Below are positions 1-10,071 of a stretch of 64,000 bases of DNA, in pieces. A program made the position numbers and the translations under genes. Below the pieces are notes generated by a model, which worked only from the letters and a program-made list of their open reading frames with translations, was not told where the DNA came from and ran no database searches. Each line of letters opens with the position of its first letter. Position 1 is the first letter of the stretch. The DNA is taken from positions 3,246-67,245 of the forward strand of contig JBGSRW010000006.1 in the NCBI GenBank assembly GCA_041737355.1. Reading direction: 5' to 3'. This DNA is from Patescibacteria group bacterium (GTDB lineage: Bacteria > Patescibacteriota > Patescibacteriia > XYB2-FULL-38-15).

Positions 1-378
1 GATACGCAAATCGTCTTCGACAAGAAACCGGAACCGACCAGGATTGAAATCCAAAACGGAACTAAAAAGACCGGGCTTGCCGGACGGACCTCCCAGATGC
101 TTACGGAGCTGGGCTATAAAGTTGTAAAAGTCGGTAATGCCAAAGAGCAAAATTACGAACGGACCGTCATTTACGACCTGACCGGCGGCAAAAAAAATGA
201 CGAACTTGGCCTTCTGATGGAAAAATTCGATGCCGATCTTTCCCTCTCCGTCCCCTCTTGGATGACAAGCGATGTCACGCCAAGCGAAGTAACTATTTCA
301 AATCCCCCCGAATCCGCCTCTACCGCCAAATACAGCTCGGATTTCCTGATTATTCTCGGACAAAACGCTAAATTTTAA
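1..378 (+). CDS. 3' part of LytR_C-domain (LCP family) protein, truncated by window edge
   Basis: Frame open from base 1: IEIQNGTKKTGLAGRTSQMLTELGYKVVKVGNA...TVIYD...DFLIILG, typical LytR C-terminal domain pattern. Confidence 0.75.
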   Translation, partial: DTQIVFDKKPEPTRIEIQNGTKKTGLAGRTSQMLTELGYKVVKVGNAKEQNYERTVIYDLTGGKKNDELGLLMEKFDADLSLSVPSWMTSDVTPSEVTISNPPESASTAKYSSDFLIILGQNAKF

Positions 379-382
379 AAAT

Positions 383-1789
383 ATGCCGGAACGCGAGGAA
401 ACAAAAAATAAAATCACCAAACCCAACGAACCGTCAATTGCCATTGTCGGAAGGGCCAATGTCGGAAAATCAACTCTTTTCAACCGTCTTTTGGAACGGC
501 CCAAGGCAATGGTTTCTCCGATTGCCGGAACAACCAGGGACAGAAATTACGGCCGCGCCCGCTGGCGCGGTATGGATTTAATAATGGTGGACACGGGCGG
601 TCTCGAGGATGCCCAACCGTTAACCCAGGGCATTAAAAAACAAGTCGACATCGCTATTGCCAAAGCCGACCTTATTTTTTTTCTGATTGATATGAAAAGT
701 GGGATCCTTCCCCAGGACAGGACTATCGCCAAATTTTTAAAAAAATTGGGGAAACCCGTAATCCTGGTCGGGAATAAAGCCGACTCCCCTGAAATCATGG
801 ACCGCGCGGTGGAAAAGGAATGGCTAAAATTAAATTTTGGAAAACCTATCCCTGTATCCGCGGCTAACGGCGCCGGAACGGGCGATCTTCTGGATAAGGC
901 ATTTTCGGCCCTAAAAATAAAGTCGGCTAAAAAATCCGAAAATAATGACGTTGAGGCTATTCCTCCGATCAGAGTCGCGATTGTTGGAAAACCTAACGCG
1001 GGGAAATCATCTCTTGTTAATTCCCTCCTTGGCGAAGAGAGAGTTCTTGTAAGCGAAATACCCTTTACCACCCGCGAACCGCAGGACACTCTTTTGATTT
1101 ACGAAGATCAGCCTTTTCTTATTATCGATACGGTCGGGATGAGAAAAAACGCCAAAGTCGAGCCGGGCCTTGAAAGAGTCGGCGTCAAACGGAGTATCGC
1201 CGCCATGGAACGGGCCGATGTCGTGCTTTTTATTACCGAAGCCCAAAGCCAGATGACGGTCCAGGACAAACATCTCGCCCAGATGATTACTGAAAAAAAT
1301 ACCGGCTTAATCATTATCGCCAATAAATGGGATCTCGTAGAGGCCAAAGGTCCGGCAACGCCCAACCTATTTATAAATTATTACCGCGAATTTTTCCCAT
1401 CCCTGGCCTGGGCACCCATTCTTTTCGCCTCGGCCAAGACCGGAGAAAAAGTCCAAAAAATATTCGAAGCGATTTTAACCGTCAAAAAAGAACGGGAAAA
1501 ATTTTTGAGACAGGATCAACTGGGTAATTTTCTTCATCAAACCCTGGCCAAGCATTGGGCGGTTGTCCACCAAAGAAAAAAATCCGGCTTCGGCGCGCGG
1601 CCGTTCATAAAAAAAATCATACAAACCGGAATCCGTCCGCCCGCTTTCCAAATTGTTACGACCTCAAAAGAAAGAATTCCCGATGGTTTCATAAAATATA
1701 TTGAACGCCACATGAGAGAAAGCTTCGGATTCACAGGAACTCCGATCAGGATGGAAATAAAACAAGTTAAGGTGTCAAGGGATAAATAA
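383..1789 (+). CDS. der: Ribosome biogenesis GTPase Der (EngA)
   Basis: Two G domains: GRANVGKS/DTGG/NKAD and GKPNAGKS/DTVG/NKWD; C-terminal FGFTGTPI. Confidence 0.97.
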   Translation: MPEREETKNKITKPNEPSIAIVGRANVGKSTLFNRLLERPKAMVSPIAGTTRDRNYGRARWRGMDLIMVDTGGLEDAQPLTQGIKKQVDIAIAKADLIFFLIDMKSGILPQDRTIAKFLKKLGKPVILVGNKADSPEIMDRAVEKEWLKLNFGKPIPVSAANGAGTGDLLDKAFSALKIKSAKKSENNDVEAIPPIRVAIVGKPNAGKSSLVNSLLGEERVLVSEIPFTTREPQDTLLIYEDQPFLIIDTVGMRKNAKVEPGLERVGVKRSIAAMERADVVLFITEAQSQMTVQDKHLAQMITEKNTGLIIIANKWDLVEAKGPATPNLFINYYREFFPSLAWAPILFASAKTGEKVQKIFEAILTVKKEREKFLRQDQLGNFLHQTLAKHWAVVHQRKKSGFGARPFIKKIIQTGIRPPAFQIVTTSKERIPDGFIKYIERHMRESFGFTGTPIRMEIKQVKVSRDK

Positions 1790-1794
1790 ATTAT

Positions 1795-2352
1795 ATGAAA
1801 TTGGTTGTCGGCCTGGGAAACCCGGGCAAGGAATACGAAAAGACGCGGCACAACATCGGTTTTGAAATTGCCGAAATAATTGCCGAAGCCGCCTGGAAAA
1901 TAAATAAAAAATTCAGCGCGGAGATATCCGAAGGGAAAATCGGCCGGGAAAAAATTATTTTTTTGAAACCGCAAACTTTTATGAACGATTCCGGCAGAGC
2001 GGTTGCCGCGGCAGCCGGTTTTTACAAAATAAAACCTGCCGAAATTATCGTTATCCACGACGATATTGATTTGCCTCTCGGGAAAATAAGAATAAAAAAA
2101 GACGGCTCATCCGGGGGTCATCGCGGCGTGGAATCGATTATCACGGCACTCGGATCCCGGGATTTTCTTCGCCTCAAGATCGGCGTCGCTCCGGAGTCTA
2201 GGCCAAAAAATTTCAACGCAGCCAATTTTGTTTTAAAAAAATTCGGTAAAGCCGAAGACAAAACTCTGGAAAAAACAATCAAAAAAGCAACCGAAGCGGC
2301 TGCCTTGATTTTATCGGGAGAACCGGAGCGGGCGATGAATCTTTTCAATTAA
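1795..2352 (+). CDS. pth: Peptidyl-tRNA hydrolase
   Basis: MKLVVGLGNPG...TRHNIGF, KPQTFMN, HDDIDL, GGHRG. Confidence 0.97.
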   Translation: MKLVVGLGNPGKEYEKTRHNIGFEIAEIIAEAAWKINKKFSAEISEGKIGREKIIFLKPQTFMNDSGRAVAAAAGFYKIKPAEIIVIHDDIDLPLGKIRIKKDGSSGGHRGVESIITALGSRDFLRLKIGVAPESRPKNFNAANFVLKKFGKAEDKTLEKTIKKATEAAALILSGEPERAMNLFN

Positions 2353-2354
2353 TG

Positions 2355-2504
2355 CCCCGCCCATAACACTGCCTGCCAGCGTAAAGCCCATTCCGAAAAC
2401 GGAAAAAACTTTAACTTGTGGCTACTTGCGCTAGTCAGGAGGGTGACCGTTGCTTTCGCCGCTCGCAGGCAGAGGTATGGACAAGGATTCTTCCGAGTTT
2501 CCGA
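2355..2504 (-). ncRNA. Candidate structured ncRNA (long irregular hairpin, possibly 6S-like)
   Basis: ~27-bp imperfect stem whose G-U pairs favour the minus strand; minus-strand promoter TTGACA-16-TAGAGT at 2538..2511; internal GCAA-capped hairpin. Confidence 0.5.
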
Positions 2505-2542
2505 TAATAAACTCTAACAAATTTAAAAATTTTGTCAACCCC

Positions 2543-3643
2543 ATGATGCGAGAAGATGACCTAAAATATTGGGTCGCTATTTCCCGTAATCCAAAAATTG
2601 GCGCGACCCGTCTCGTAAGACTCTATAATTTTTTCCATTCCATGAAAGAAGCCTGGCAGGCTTCTTTTTCCGATTTAATAAGATCCGGGCTTGATGAAAA
2701 TATTATCCACGATTTTCTGGCGCAAAAAATGACAATTAATCCCGACGCTGAATGGGAAAAAATGGCTAAAGAAAATATCAAAGTTATAACCGTTAACGAT
2801 GAGCATTATCCAAAACTTTTAAAAGAAATCTGGAATCCGCCGGCCCTGCTTTATTTCTTAGGACATCTTCCGACGGACGAAGATTTTAATCTCGCCGTTG
2901 TCGGAACAAGAAAAATAAGCACTTACGGCCGGCAGCTGACCTCAATTCTTGTACGCGATCTCGTGCAAAACGGATTTACGGTTGTGAGCGGCCTGGCTTT
3001 GGGTGTTGACGCCCTGGCCCATAAAACAACGGTTGACGCCGGGGGAAAAACTATCGCCGTTCTGGGTTCGGGTATCGATTCGGAAAGTATTTATCCGGTA
3101 CAAAACCGCTATCTCGTTTCGCAAATTATCGATTCGGGCGGAGCAATAATCTCCGAGTATCCGCTTGGTTCAATCGCCCTGCCAACCAATTTCCCACAGA
3201 GAAACAGAATTGTCTCCGGCCTGTCGCTTGGCACCCTGGTAATAGAGGCGGCCGAAGAATCCGGCGCCTTGATTACCGCCAAATGCGCCCTTGAGCAAAA
3301 CCGCGAAGTTTTTGCCGTTCCCGGAAGTATTTTCAGCCCGACTTCGGCCGGACCGAACAAGCTCATCAAAATGGGCGCTAAAACCGTCACGACGGTTGCC
3401 GATATTTTGGAAACTCTTAATTTGTCGCAAGCCGCCGATTTTACCAGAAACCGAAAAACTCTTCCCGCCTCGCCGGAAGAAGAAAAAATCCTGACAAATC
3501 TATCACTTGAACCGACCCATGTCGACAAGCTGATTTTAACCTCGGGACTTGACGCGGCAAAAGTCGGTGCTATACTAACCCTCATGGAAATGAAGGGAAT
3601 GATCAGGAATCTCGGCGGAATGAACTATGTTTTGATGAAATAA
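2543..3643 (+). CDS. dprA: DNA-processing protein DprA (Smf)
   Basis: YPKLLKEI, AVVGTR, VSGLALGVD, FPQRNRIVSGLS, C-terminal wHTH; start chosen at ATG 2543. Confidence 0.95.
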   Translation: MMREDDLKYWVAISRNPKIGATRLVRLYNFFHSMKEAWQASFSDLIRSGLDENIIHDFLAQKMTINPDAEWEKMAKENIKVITVNDEHYPKLLKEIWNPPALLYFLGHLPTDEDFNLAVVGTRKISTYGRQLTSILVRDLVQNGFTVVSGLALGVDALAHKTTVDAGGKTIAVLGSGIDSESIYPVQNRYLVSQIIDSGGAIISEYPLGSIALPTNFPQRNRIVSGLSLGTLVIEAAEESGALITAKCALEQNREVFAVPGSIFSPTSAGPNKLIKMGAKTVTTVADILETLNLSQAADFTRNRKTLPASPEEEKILTNLSLEPTHVDKLILTSGLDAAKVGAILTLMEMKGMIRNLGGMNYVLMK

Positions 3644-3663
3644 AAAATTTTTATAAATATCTT

Positions 3664-5898
3664 ATGAATCTCGTCATCGTCGAGTCCCCCACTAAAGCCA
3701 AGACTATTTCCCGTTTTTTGGGGAAAGATTTTGTAATTAAATCGTCCTTCGGGCATCTGCGCGACCTGCCGCAAAAAGAAATGGGCATTGATATAGAGCA
3801 CGATTTCGCGCCGCATTACGTCGTGCCGAGGAAAAACCAGAAGACGGTTACGGATCTCAAGAAATCCGCCGCCAAGGCAAAATACATTTATTTCGCTTCC
3901 GACGAAGACCGCGAAGGAGAGGCGATTTCCTGGCACCTCGCCCAGATTTTGAAACCAAAAAAAGAGCAGACGCGCCGTATCGCTTTTCATGAAATTACTA
4001 AAGACGCGATTTTGGAAGCCCTTGAGCATCCCCGGGAAATAGATTTGAATATGGTCGACGCCCAGCAGGCCCGCCGAGTTTTGGACCGCCTGGTCGGCTA
4101 CGAACTCTCGCCATTTTTATGGCGCAAGGTTGCCAAAGGCTTATCTGCCGGCCGCGTTCAGTCGGTCGCCGTCCGCCTAATCGTTGAAAGGGAACGGGAA
4201 ATCCAGAAATTCATCCCCCAGGAATACTGGGGCATTGAAGGTGAATTTGAGAAAGAAAGCGGTAAAGAAAAATTTTTGGCAAAATTGAATAAAATCGACG
4301 ACGAGGTCCTGGATAAATTCGCCATCAAATCAAAAAACGAATCGGATAAAATTTTAAAAGATCTGGACGGCCGGACTTATGAAGTAATTGATATCGACGA
4401 AAAAGAAACCAAGCGCACTCCTCCCCCGCCTTTTACGACGTCCACCCTGCAACAGGATGCCAACCGCCGCCTGGGATTTTCCGCCAAGCAAACGATGGTT
4501 ATCGCCCAGCAGCTCTACGAGGGCGCGGAACTCGGAGGCGATGGTTCAATCGGCTTGATCACCTACATGAGAACTGATTCGGTTAATCTCGCGGAAAAAT
4601 TCCTCTCCGAAGGCCGGGCGGTTTTGGAAAAAACTTTCGGAAAAAAATATCTCTCGCCCTCCCCCCGCCGTTTTGCCACAAAATCAAAACTCGCCCAGGA
4701 GGCCCATGAAGCCATCCGTCCGACCGAGGCGGCGCGTGATCCGGAATCGGTCCGGCCGTATTTGGACGACCATCAATACAAACTTTATAATCTTATCTGG
4801 CGGCGGGCCATGGCTAGCCAAATGGCCGACGCCTCGCTCTTGAGCACCGGAGTCGATATTGCCGCGATAAAAGCCGGAGCGAAAAAACTCTACACTTTCC
4901 GGGCCAACGGCCTGACAATAAAATTTGACGGCTTTTTGAAAGTTTACGGAACAAGCCAGGAAAATATCTTGCCGGTTTTCAAAGTCAAAGAACCGCTGGA
5001 ACTTTTGAAATTGAATCCGGCCCAGCATTTTACCGAACCGCCGGCCCGCTATTCCGACGCTTCGATTGTTAAAGCGTTGGAAGAATACGGCATCGGCCGG
5101 CCGTCAACTTACGCCCCGACCATTTCCACGATTATTGACCGCGGCTACGTTGAACGGATTGAGGCGCGGCGGCTTAAGCCGACCGAGATTGCTTTTATGG
5201 TAAATGATTTATTGGTTGCCCACTTCCCCAAAATTGTCGATTACAAATTCACCGCTGCCATGGAAAGCGACTTGGATGAAATCGCCGAAGGAAAAAAGAA
5301 ATGGGTCCCGGTGATAAAAGAATTTTACGGACCCTTCAAGGAAAACCTTGACCAAAAATACAAAGAAATAGACAAGAAGGAATTGACCGAAGAAGCTACC
5401 AAGGAAATCTGTGATAAATGCGGTTCGCCCATGGTAATAAAAATGGGGCGCTACGGAAAATTTCTCGCCTGCAGCGGTTTCCCCAAATGCCGGAATATCA
5501 AGTCACTCGCCAAAGAAGGCGAAGCGCTTGAACCGGAAACGACCAATGAAATCTGCGATAAATGCGGCGCGCCAATGATAATAAAACACGGCCGGTTCGG
5601 AAAATTCTTGTCCTGCTCAAAATATCCAGAATGCAAAAATATGAAGCCGCTTTTAAAATCGACCGGCGTTACTTGTTCCGAATGCGGTAAAGGTGAAATC
5701 GTTGAACGCCGCTCCAAACGCGGCCGGACATTTTATTCCTGCAACCGCTATCCGGATTGCAAATTCGCCCTCTGGTCAAAACCGACCGGCGAAAAATGTC
5801 CCAAGTGCGGAAAATTGTTGATCTACGGAAAAAAGGATACCATCGTCTGCTCCAACCAGGAATGTGATTTTAAAAAAGAAAATACCGCGTCATCCTAA
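3664..5898 (+). CDS. topA: DNA topoisomerase I with C-terminal Zn ribbons
   Basis: LVIVESPTKAKTI, DEDREGE, SAGRVQS, ITYMRTDS, repeated CxxC ribbons. Confidence 0.98.
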   Translation: MNLVIVESPTKAKTISRFLGKDFVIKSSFGHLRDLPQKEMGIDIEHDFAPHYVVPRKNQKTVTDLKKSAAKAKYIYFASDEDREGEAISWHLAQILKPKKEQTRRIAFHEITKDAILEALEHPREIDLNMVDAQQARRVLDRLVGYELSPFLWRKVAKGLSAGRVQSVAVRLIVEREREIQKFIPQEYWGIEGEFEKESGKEKFLAKLNKIDDEVLDKFAIKSKNESDKILKDLDGRTYEVIDIDEKETKRTPPPPFTTSTLQQDANRRLGFSAKQTMVIAQQLYEGAELGGDGSIGLITYMRTDSVNLAEKFLSEGRAVLEKTFGKKYLSPSPRRFATKSKLAQEAHEAIRPTEAARDPESVRPYLDDHQYKLYNLIWRRAMASQMADASLLSTGVDIAAIKAGAKKLYTFRANGLTIKFDGFLKVYGTSQENILPVFKVKEPLELLKLNPAQHFTEPPARYSDASIVKALEEYGIGRPSTYAPTISTIIDRGYVERIEARRLKPTEIAFMVNDLLVAHFPKIVDYKFTAAMESDLDEIAEGKKKWVPVIKEFYGPFKENLDQKYKEIDKKELTEEATKEICDKCGSPMVIKMGRYGKFLACSGFPKCRNIKSLAKEGEALEPETTNEICDKCGAPMIIKHGRFGKFLSCSKYPECKNMKPLLKSTGVTCSECGKGEIVERRSKRGRTFYSCNRYPDCKFALWSKPTGEKCPKCGKLLIYGKKDTIVCSNQECDFKKENTASS

Positions 5899-5910
5899 AA
5901 ATCTCCGACA

Positions 5911-5940
5911 AAAAACACCCCGGTCTTCGCCGGGGTGTTT
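5911..5940. terminator. Intrinsic terminator between convergent topA and orphan gene
   Basis: aaacaccccgg-tcttcg-ccggggtgttt inverted repeat with A/T flanks. Confidence 0.8.
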
Positions 5941-5964
5941 CGATTCAATCTCCGGAAATATTAT

Positions 5965-7512
5965 TTATTTTTTCCCCTTCTTTTTTCTCTCTTCTTCTCC
6001 TAATATCCTCAAAGCTTCGTCCAACATATCGTCAGGGAAAGCCTCGTCGAGCGCAGCTCGTCTGCCCCACCAAGCTTTTTTATTAAATTCTTCACTCTTT
6101 ACGGACATGTCTTCGTCTATTAAATATTCGTAAGTCTTGCGATCAGTAAACAGAACTGCTTCTCCGTAAGGCTCTAGCGCCTTGTCAGATTTCTCTAGCG
6201 CATTTTCTAATTCCTCAGATTGCAACATCTTACTTGCTCTTTCCAACGCAATCCTTGCTCCCAGCGCATCTCTAACCCAGGCTATTATATTGTCCATTTC
6301 GTCTTCATCGAGTTCCTCTCCGCTTGCAAAAAGTTCAGATGCCTTTTTGATATTTGCTAGCCATTCTCCCTCCGTCAATCGGCGTGCTATTGCAGATGCA
6401 ACGGGAACAGCTCTGTCTCCCCCCCTACCCCTTGCTATCTCACACGCCGTAGAAAAAGCTTTTCGGGCTTCTTGCCGGGGGGAAAGTACGCCAAATTCTA
6501 TTGGCATTTCTAGCGATCCGGTAATATCGTCTCCGACCTCGACTCTCAAGCTTTGTCTTTTAACACCCCTTTTAACGGGTACCAAAACTTCCGGTTTACC
6601 CGGCCAACACAATTTTATACCTTTTTCCGTCGACTTTACCTCTAGCTTTGCTTCGGGTCCGAGGTGCGGAAGGGGAAATCTCATTTCAACCCGCTCACCA
6701 TCAAGGGAGAGACTAGAATCTCCTAAGTATAGATAGTGCGTCCTTGAAATCCACTCTGCCCTTTCTTTCCTGTAAGTCTCTCTCCACTCGCCGTCTTCCC
6801 TAACTTTTTCTTGCAAAAAGGCCTCATCTTCCGGATGTAGATTACTGCAGTGCCATTCCCACATTATTTTTTTTCTATCCGTCCCCTTTTCCTCAAACTC
6901 CCCGGTACGAGCCCCCGGTTGTATCGCACTCCAAGGAGCTATATCGGGGCCATATTTTTTTGTTGCCTCATAGGCTGCTCGGCCATGCACCCATGAATTT
7001 GGCATTTTCGCCGCTACCTCAGTTCTCTGCTCTACCGCTTCCCCTAAATCCTTTTTTATTCCGGTAATCCAGGGAAGATTTTCTTTAGAAAGATTGGCAA
7101 GAGTTCGCTGGGCTAAATCCAACTTAGCGGCTCTCTCTAGCAAATCTTTTTGCTCCTCTTCAATTTGCCATTCCTGAAGTCCTTTCTTCGAGTAATCTGA
7201 CTTGAATATAAGGTCTATATATTCTTTCAGATCCGATCTGCCAACTACTTCCGCAACTGCCTTTTCTTTTTCCTTAAAATACTGCTCGAGTTCCCGCAAC
7301 ATTTCTTGATTCAATTGTTTACTCTCTCCGTCATACCATGCTCCATAAGCTGATGCCAAAATTTCAATAAATTCGTTAGGTGTTCTAGGTCCTTCCTCCC
7401 TTACCATCCGATCGAAATCACCATAGCCTTCGAAAATTTCATCAAATTTTTTTGTTTTCTTTGTTCCCTGTCCAGCTGCTGATTCGGGAGAAAATCTTCC
7501 TTCTCCATTCAT
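5965..7512 (-). CDS. Orphan 515-aa Glu/Lys-rich soluble protein
   Basis: Long ORF, no recognised motif; preceded by the (GA)11 promoter cassette. Confidence 0.85.
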   Translation of the reverse strand: MNGEGRFSPESAAGQGTKKTKKFDEIFEGYGDFDRMVREEGPRTPNEFIEILASAYGAWYDGESKQLNQEMLRELEQYFKEKEKAVAEVVGRSDLKEYIDLIFKSDYSKKGLQEWQIEEEQKDLLERAAKLDLAQRTLANLSKENLPWITGIKKDLGEAVEQRTEVAAKMPNSWVHGRAAYEATKKYGPDIAPWSAIQPGARTGEFEEKGTDRKKIMWEWHCSNLHPEDEAFLQEKVREDGEWRETYRKERAEWISRTHYLYLGDSSLSLDGERVEMRFPLPHLGPEAKLEVKSTEKGIKLCWPGKPEVLVPVKRGVKRQSLRVEVGDDITGSLEMPIEFGVLSPRQEARKAFSTACEIARGRGGDRAVPVASAIARRLTEGEWLANIKKASELFASGEELDEDEMDNIIAWVRDALGARIALERASKMLQSEELENALEKSDKALEPYGEAVLFTDRKTYEYLIDEDMSVKSEEFNKKAWWGRRAALDEAFPDDMLDEALRILGEEERKKKGKK

Positions 7513-7587
7513 AAATTTAAAAAATAATAATTAACTCCTCCAATTAAAATAGTACTCTCTCTCTCTCTCTCTCTCTGGTTTTTGCAA
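7513..7587 (-). promoter_or_regulatory. Promoter cassette TTGCAA-[AAACC(AG)11]-TACTAT plus conserved leader
   Basis: -35 at 7587..7582, (CT)11 at 7555..7576 on + strand, -10 at 7554..7549; homologous to 20692..20761. Confidence 0.7.
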
Positions 7588-7654
7588 TTGAAAAAAATGA
7601 CTTTTTGTCAAGGGTTATTTACAAAACCACCATTTTTATATAAACTTAATCGGT

Positions 7655-9142
7655 ATGGCCACGGTTGATGATTTAATCCAACGCATCAAATCTTACGCTC
7701 CGAATTCCGATACGGATTTGGTCCGCTTGGCTTTTGATTACGCCAAAAAAGCGCATAGCGGACAAAGGCGGCTTTCCGGCGAACCGTATATCAACCATCC
7801 GCTCGCGACCGCCATGAATCTGGCGGAAATGAAACTGCACCAGGATATTATTATTGCCGGCCTCCTGCACGACATTCCCGAAGATACCCATCCGGAAAAT
7901 CCGGAAATCGCCCTCAGGGAAATAAAACACAATTTCGGCGAAGAAGTCGCTTTCATGGTCAGGGGTATTACCAAACTCGGAAAAATAAAATACCGCGGCA
8001 TGGAACGGTATTTAGAAAATCTGCGCAAGATGTTTGTTGCTATGGCCGAAGATGTCCGGGTTGTTTTTATCAAATTCGCTGATCGGCTTCATAATCTGGA
8101 AACGCTGGATGCCCAGCCGCCGGCAAAACAGAAAAGGATTGCCATGGAGACCATGGAAATTTACGCCCCGATCGCCAACCGCCTTGGCATGTTTGACATC
8201 AAGGGACGGCTTGAAGATTTATCTTTCCAATATCTTTACTCTAAAGATTTTGAGGAACTAAAAAAAGAAGTTACTCCCCGCTTCAGGACCAAGGAAGATT
8301 ATTTGAAAAAAATCCGGGTAAAACTTTTGAAAACCTTGTCCACTTTTTCCCTGGGCGCGCCCGGAGAAAAAGGCGAACCGCAGCGGATTAAAGTTTATTC
8401 GATCCACGGCCGGACAAAACGCCTTTGGAGCATTTACCAAAAATTACAGACTAAAGGGCATGAGGATATTTCAAAAATTTATGATATCGTCGCCCTGCGC
8501 GTTATTGTTGAAACGGTCGCCGAATGCTACACTGTTTTGGGAATTATCCATCAGATATGGAAGCCCTTAAAAGGCCGGATCAAGGATTATATCGCTCAGC
8601 CAAAACCGAACGGCTACCAGTCGCTTCATACAACCGTTTTCTGCGACGAGGGAGAAATCGTCGAATTCCAGATCAGAACAAAAAAAATGCACGACGAAGC
8701 AGAATACGGTATTGCTGCCCACTGGTATTACGACGAAGACGGATCAAAACCGATCAACCGCGAAGTAAAATGGGTCAAGGAGCTTACGAAGTGGAAAAAA
8801 GAATTTGAGGAAAACCAGAGATATTTGGAATCCTTGAAAATAGACGTTTTTCAAAACCGCATCTTCGTTTTTACCCCCAAAGGCGACGTTATTGATCTGC
8901 CGGAAGAGGCCACGCCGGTAGATTTTGCCTATACCCTGCATACAGATTTGGGAGACAAATGCATGGGAACAAAAATAAATGAACAAATGGCCAAGCTTGA
9001 TACGAAATTGCATTCCGGCGACGTGGTGGAAATCGTTATTGACAAAAACCGTAAAACCCCTTCTTCCGACTGGCTAAAATTTGTCAAAACAAACGTTGCC
9101 AAACACAAAATAAAAAGCCGGATTAAAAACAGTAAAAAATAA
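7655..9142 (+). CDS. rel: RelA/SpoT homolog (HD hydrolase + synthetase + TGS; no ZFD/ACT)
   Basis: HSGQRRLSGEPYINHP, LLHDIPEDT, DRLHNL, YQSLHT, EFQIRT, VFTPKG, TPVDFAY. Confidence 0.93.
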   Translation: MATVDDLIQRIKSYAPNSDTDLVRLAFDYAKKAHSGQRRLSGEPYINHPLATAMNLAEMKLHQDIIIAGLLHDIPEDTHPENPEIALREIKHNFGEEVAFMVRGITKLGKIKYRGMERYLENLRKMFVAMAEDVRVVFIKFADRLHNLETLDAQPPAKQKRIAMETMEIYAPIANRLGMFDIKGRLEDLSFQYLYSKDFEELKKEVTPRFRTKEDYLKKIRVKLLKTLSTFSLGAPGEKGEPQRIKVYSIHGRTKRLWSIYQKLQTKGHEDISKIYDIVALRVIVETVAECYTVLGIIHQIWKPLKGRIKDYIAQPKPNGYQSLHTTVFCDEGEIVEFQIRTKKMHDEAEYGIAAHWYYDEDGSKPINREVKWVKELTKWKKEFEENQRYLESLKIDVFQNRIFVFTPKGDVIDLPEEATPVDFAYTLHTDLGDKCMGTKINEQMAKLDTKLHSGDVVEIVIDKNRKTPSSDWLKFVKTNVAKHKIKSRIKNSKK

Positions 9143-9154
9143 ATTCGTATAATA

Positions 9155-9188
9155 AAAAATTGCTCCGGAGTGTACGAAGCAATTTTTT
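9155..9188. terminator. Bidirectional terminator between rel and parB
   Basis: aaaaaattgct...agcaatttttt inverted repeat between convergent genes. Confidence 0.6.
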
Positions 9189-9195
9189 ATATCTT

Positions 9196-10053
9196 CTATT
9201 TTTTGGAAAGTTTTTTTACCAAACTGTTCAATTCCTCGTCGCCGTAAAAATGGATCACTATCTGCCCGCCCGGGCCTCTTTTTTTAATTTCCACTTTTGT
9301 GCCCAGAACGCTCCGCAGAGTTTCTTCCTTGGCCGAGACAGCCGGGTTGGGAGTTGAGGCTTTGATCCCCCTGGCCCGCTTCACCGCCCCTTCGGCTTCC
9401 CTGGAAGTCATTTCGTTTTTTAAAATCTTGCTGAAATGTTTCAATTGTTCTTTTTCACTGTCGAGCCCAAGCAAACTTCTTGCGTGGCTTTCGGTCAATT
9501 TTCCGCTCCGCAGGGCTTTTTGTATCTCTTCGGGAAGCCCCAGAAGACGGAGCGTATTGGCTACAGCCGGACGGCTCTTCCCGACGCGCCGGGAAACTTC
9601 TTCCTGGGTTAAATTAAATTCGTCCATGAGTTGTTTGAAAGCCCTTGCTTCCTCAACCGGATTCAAATCTTTACGCTGTATATTTTCGATTAAGGCCAAT
9701 TCCAATTTTTCCTGATCGCGTACCGTCCGCAAAATCGCCGGAACGGTTTTCATATTGAGCATTTTGGCCGCCCGGAATCTCCGCTCACCGGCAATCAATT
9801 CGTAATTACCGCCGTCGATCTTCGAAACAACAAGCGGCTGAAGAATACCGTGTTCTTTTATGGAATTAATCAAATCCTCGAGATCCTGGTAATCAAAATT
9901 TTCCCTCGGCTGTTTCGGATTCGGCTTGATGCTCACCACGGGAATTTCCGCCAAGCGAACACCCGCCGGCATTTCAGTTTCGGCGGAAAGAGCTTGGATT
10001 ATTTTTTTAGGAGGAATCAAGGAATTCAATCCCCTGCCCAGACCGTAAGGCAT
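9196..10053 (-). CDS. parB: Chromosome partitioning protein ParB/Spo0J
   Basis: GLGRGL, NPKQPR, GILQP, IAGERRFRA, IENIQR, HTH. Confidence 0.96.
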   Translation of the reverse strand: MPYGLGRGLNSLIPPKKIIQALSAETEMPAGVRLAEIPVVSIKPNPKQPRENFDYQDLEDLINSIKEHGILQPLVVSKIDGGNYELIAGERRFRAAKMLNMKTVPAILRTVRDQEKLELALIENIQRKDLNPVEEARAFKQLMDEFNLTQEEVSRRVGKSRPAVANTLRLLGLPEEIQKALRSGKLTESHARSLLGLDSEKEQLKHFSKILKNEMTSREAEGAVKRARGIKASTPNPAVSAKEETLRSVLGTKVEIKKRGPGGQIVIHFYGDEELNSLVKKLSKK

Positions 10054-10071
10054 AATGATAAAATAAAATTT

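Noticed and set aside
2450-2542. Longer TTG start for dprA
   Set aside because: The extension runs through the ncRNA stem and its promoter; DprA-like sequence begins at ATG 2543
7588-7611. TTGACA on minus strand as alternative promoter for the 515-aa orphan
   Set aside because: No -10-like hexamer at 16-18 nt spacing (reads ATTGCA)
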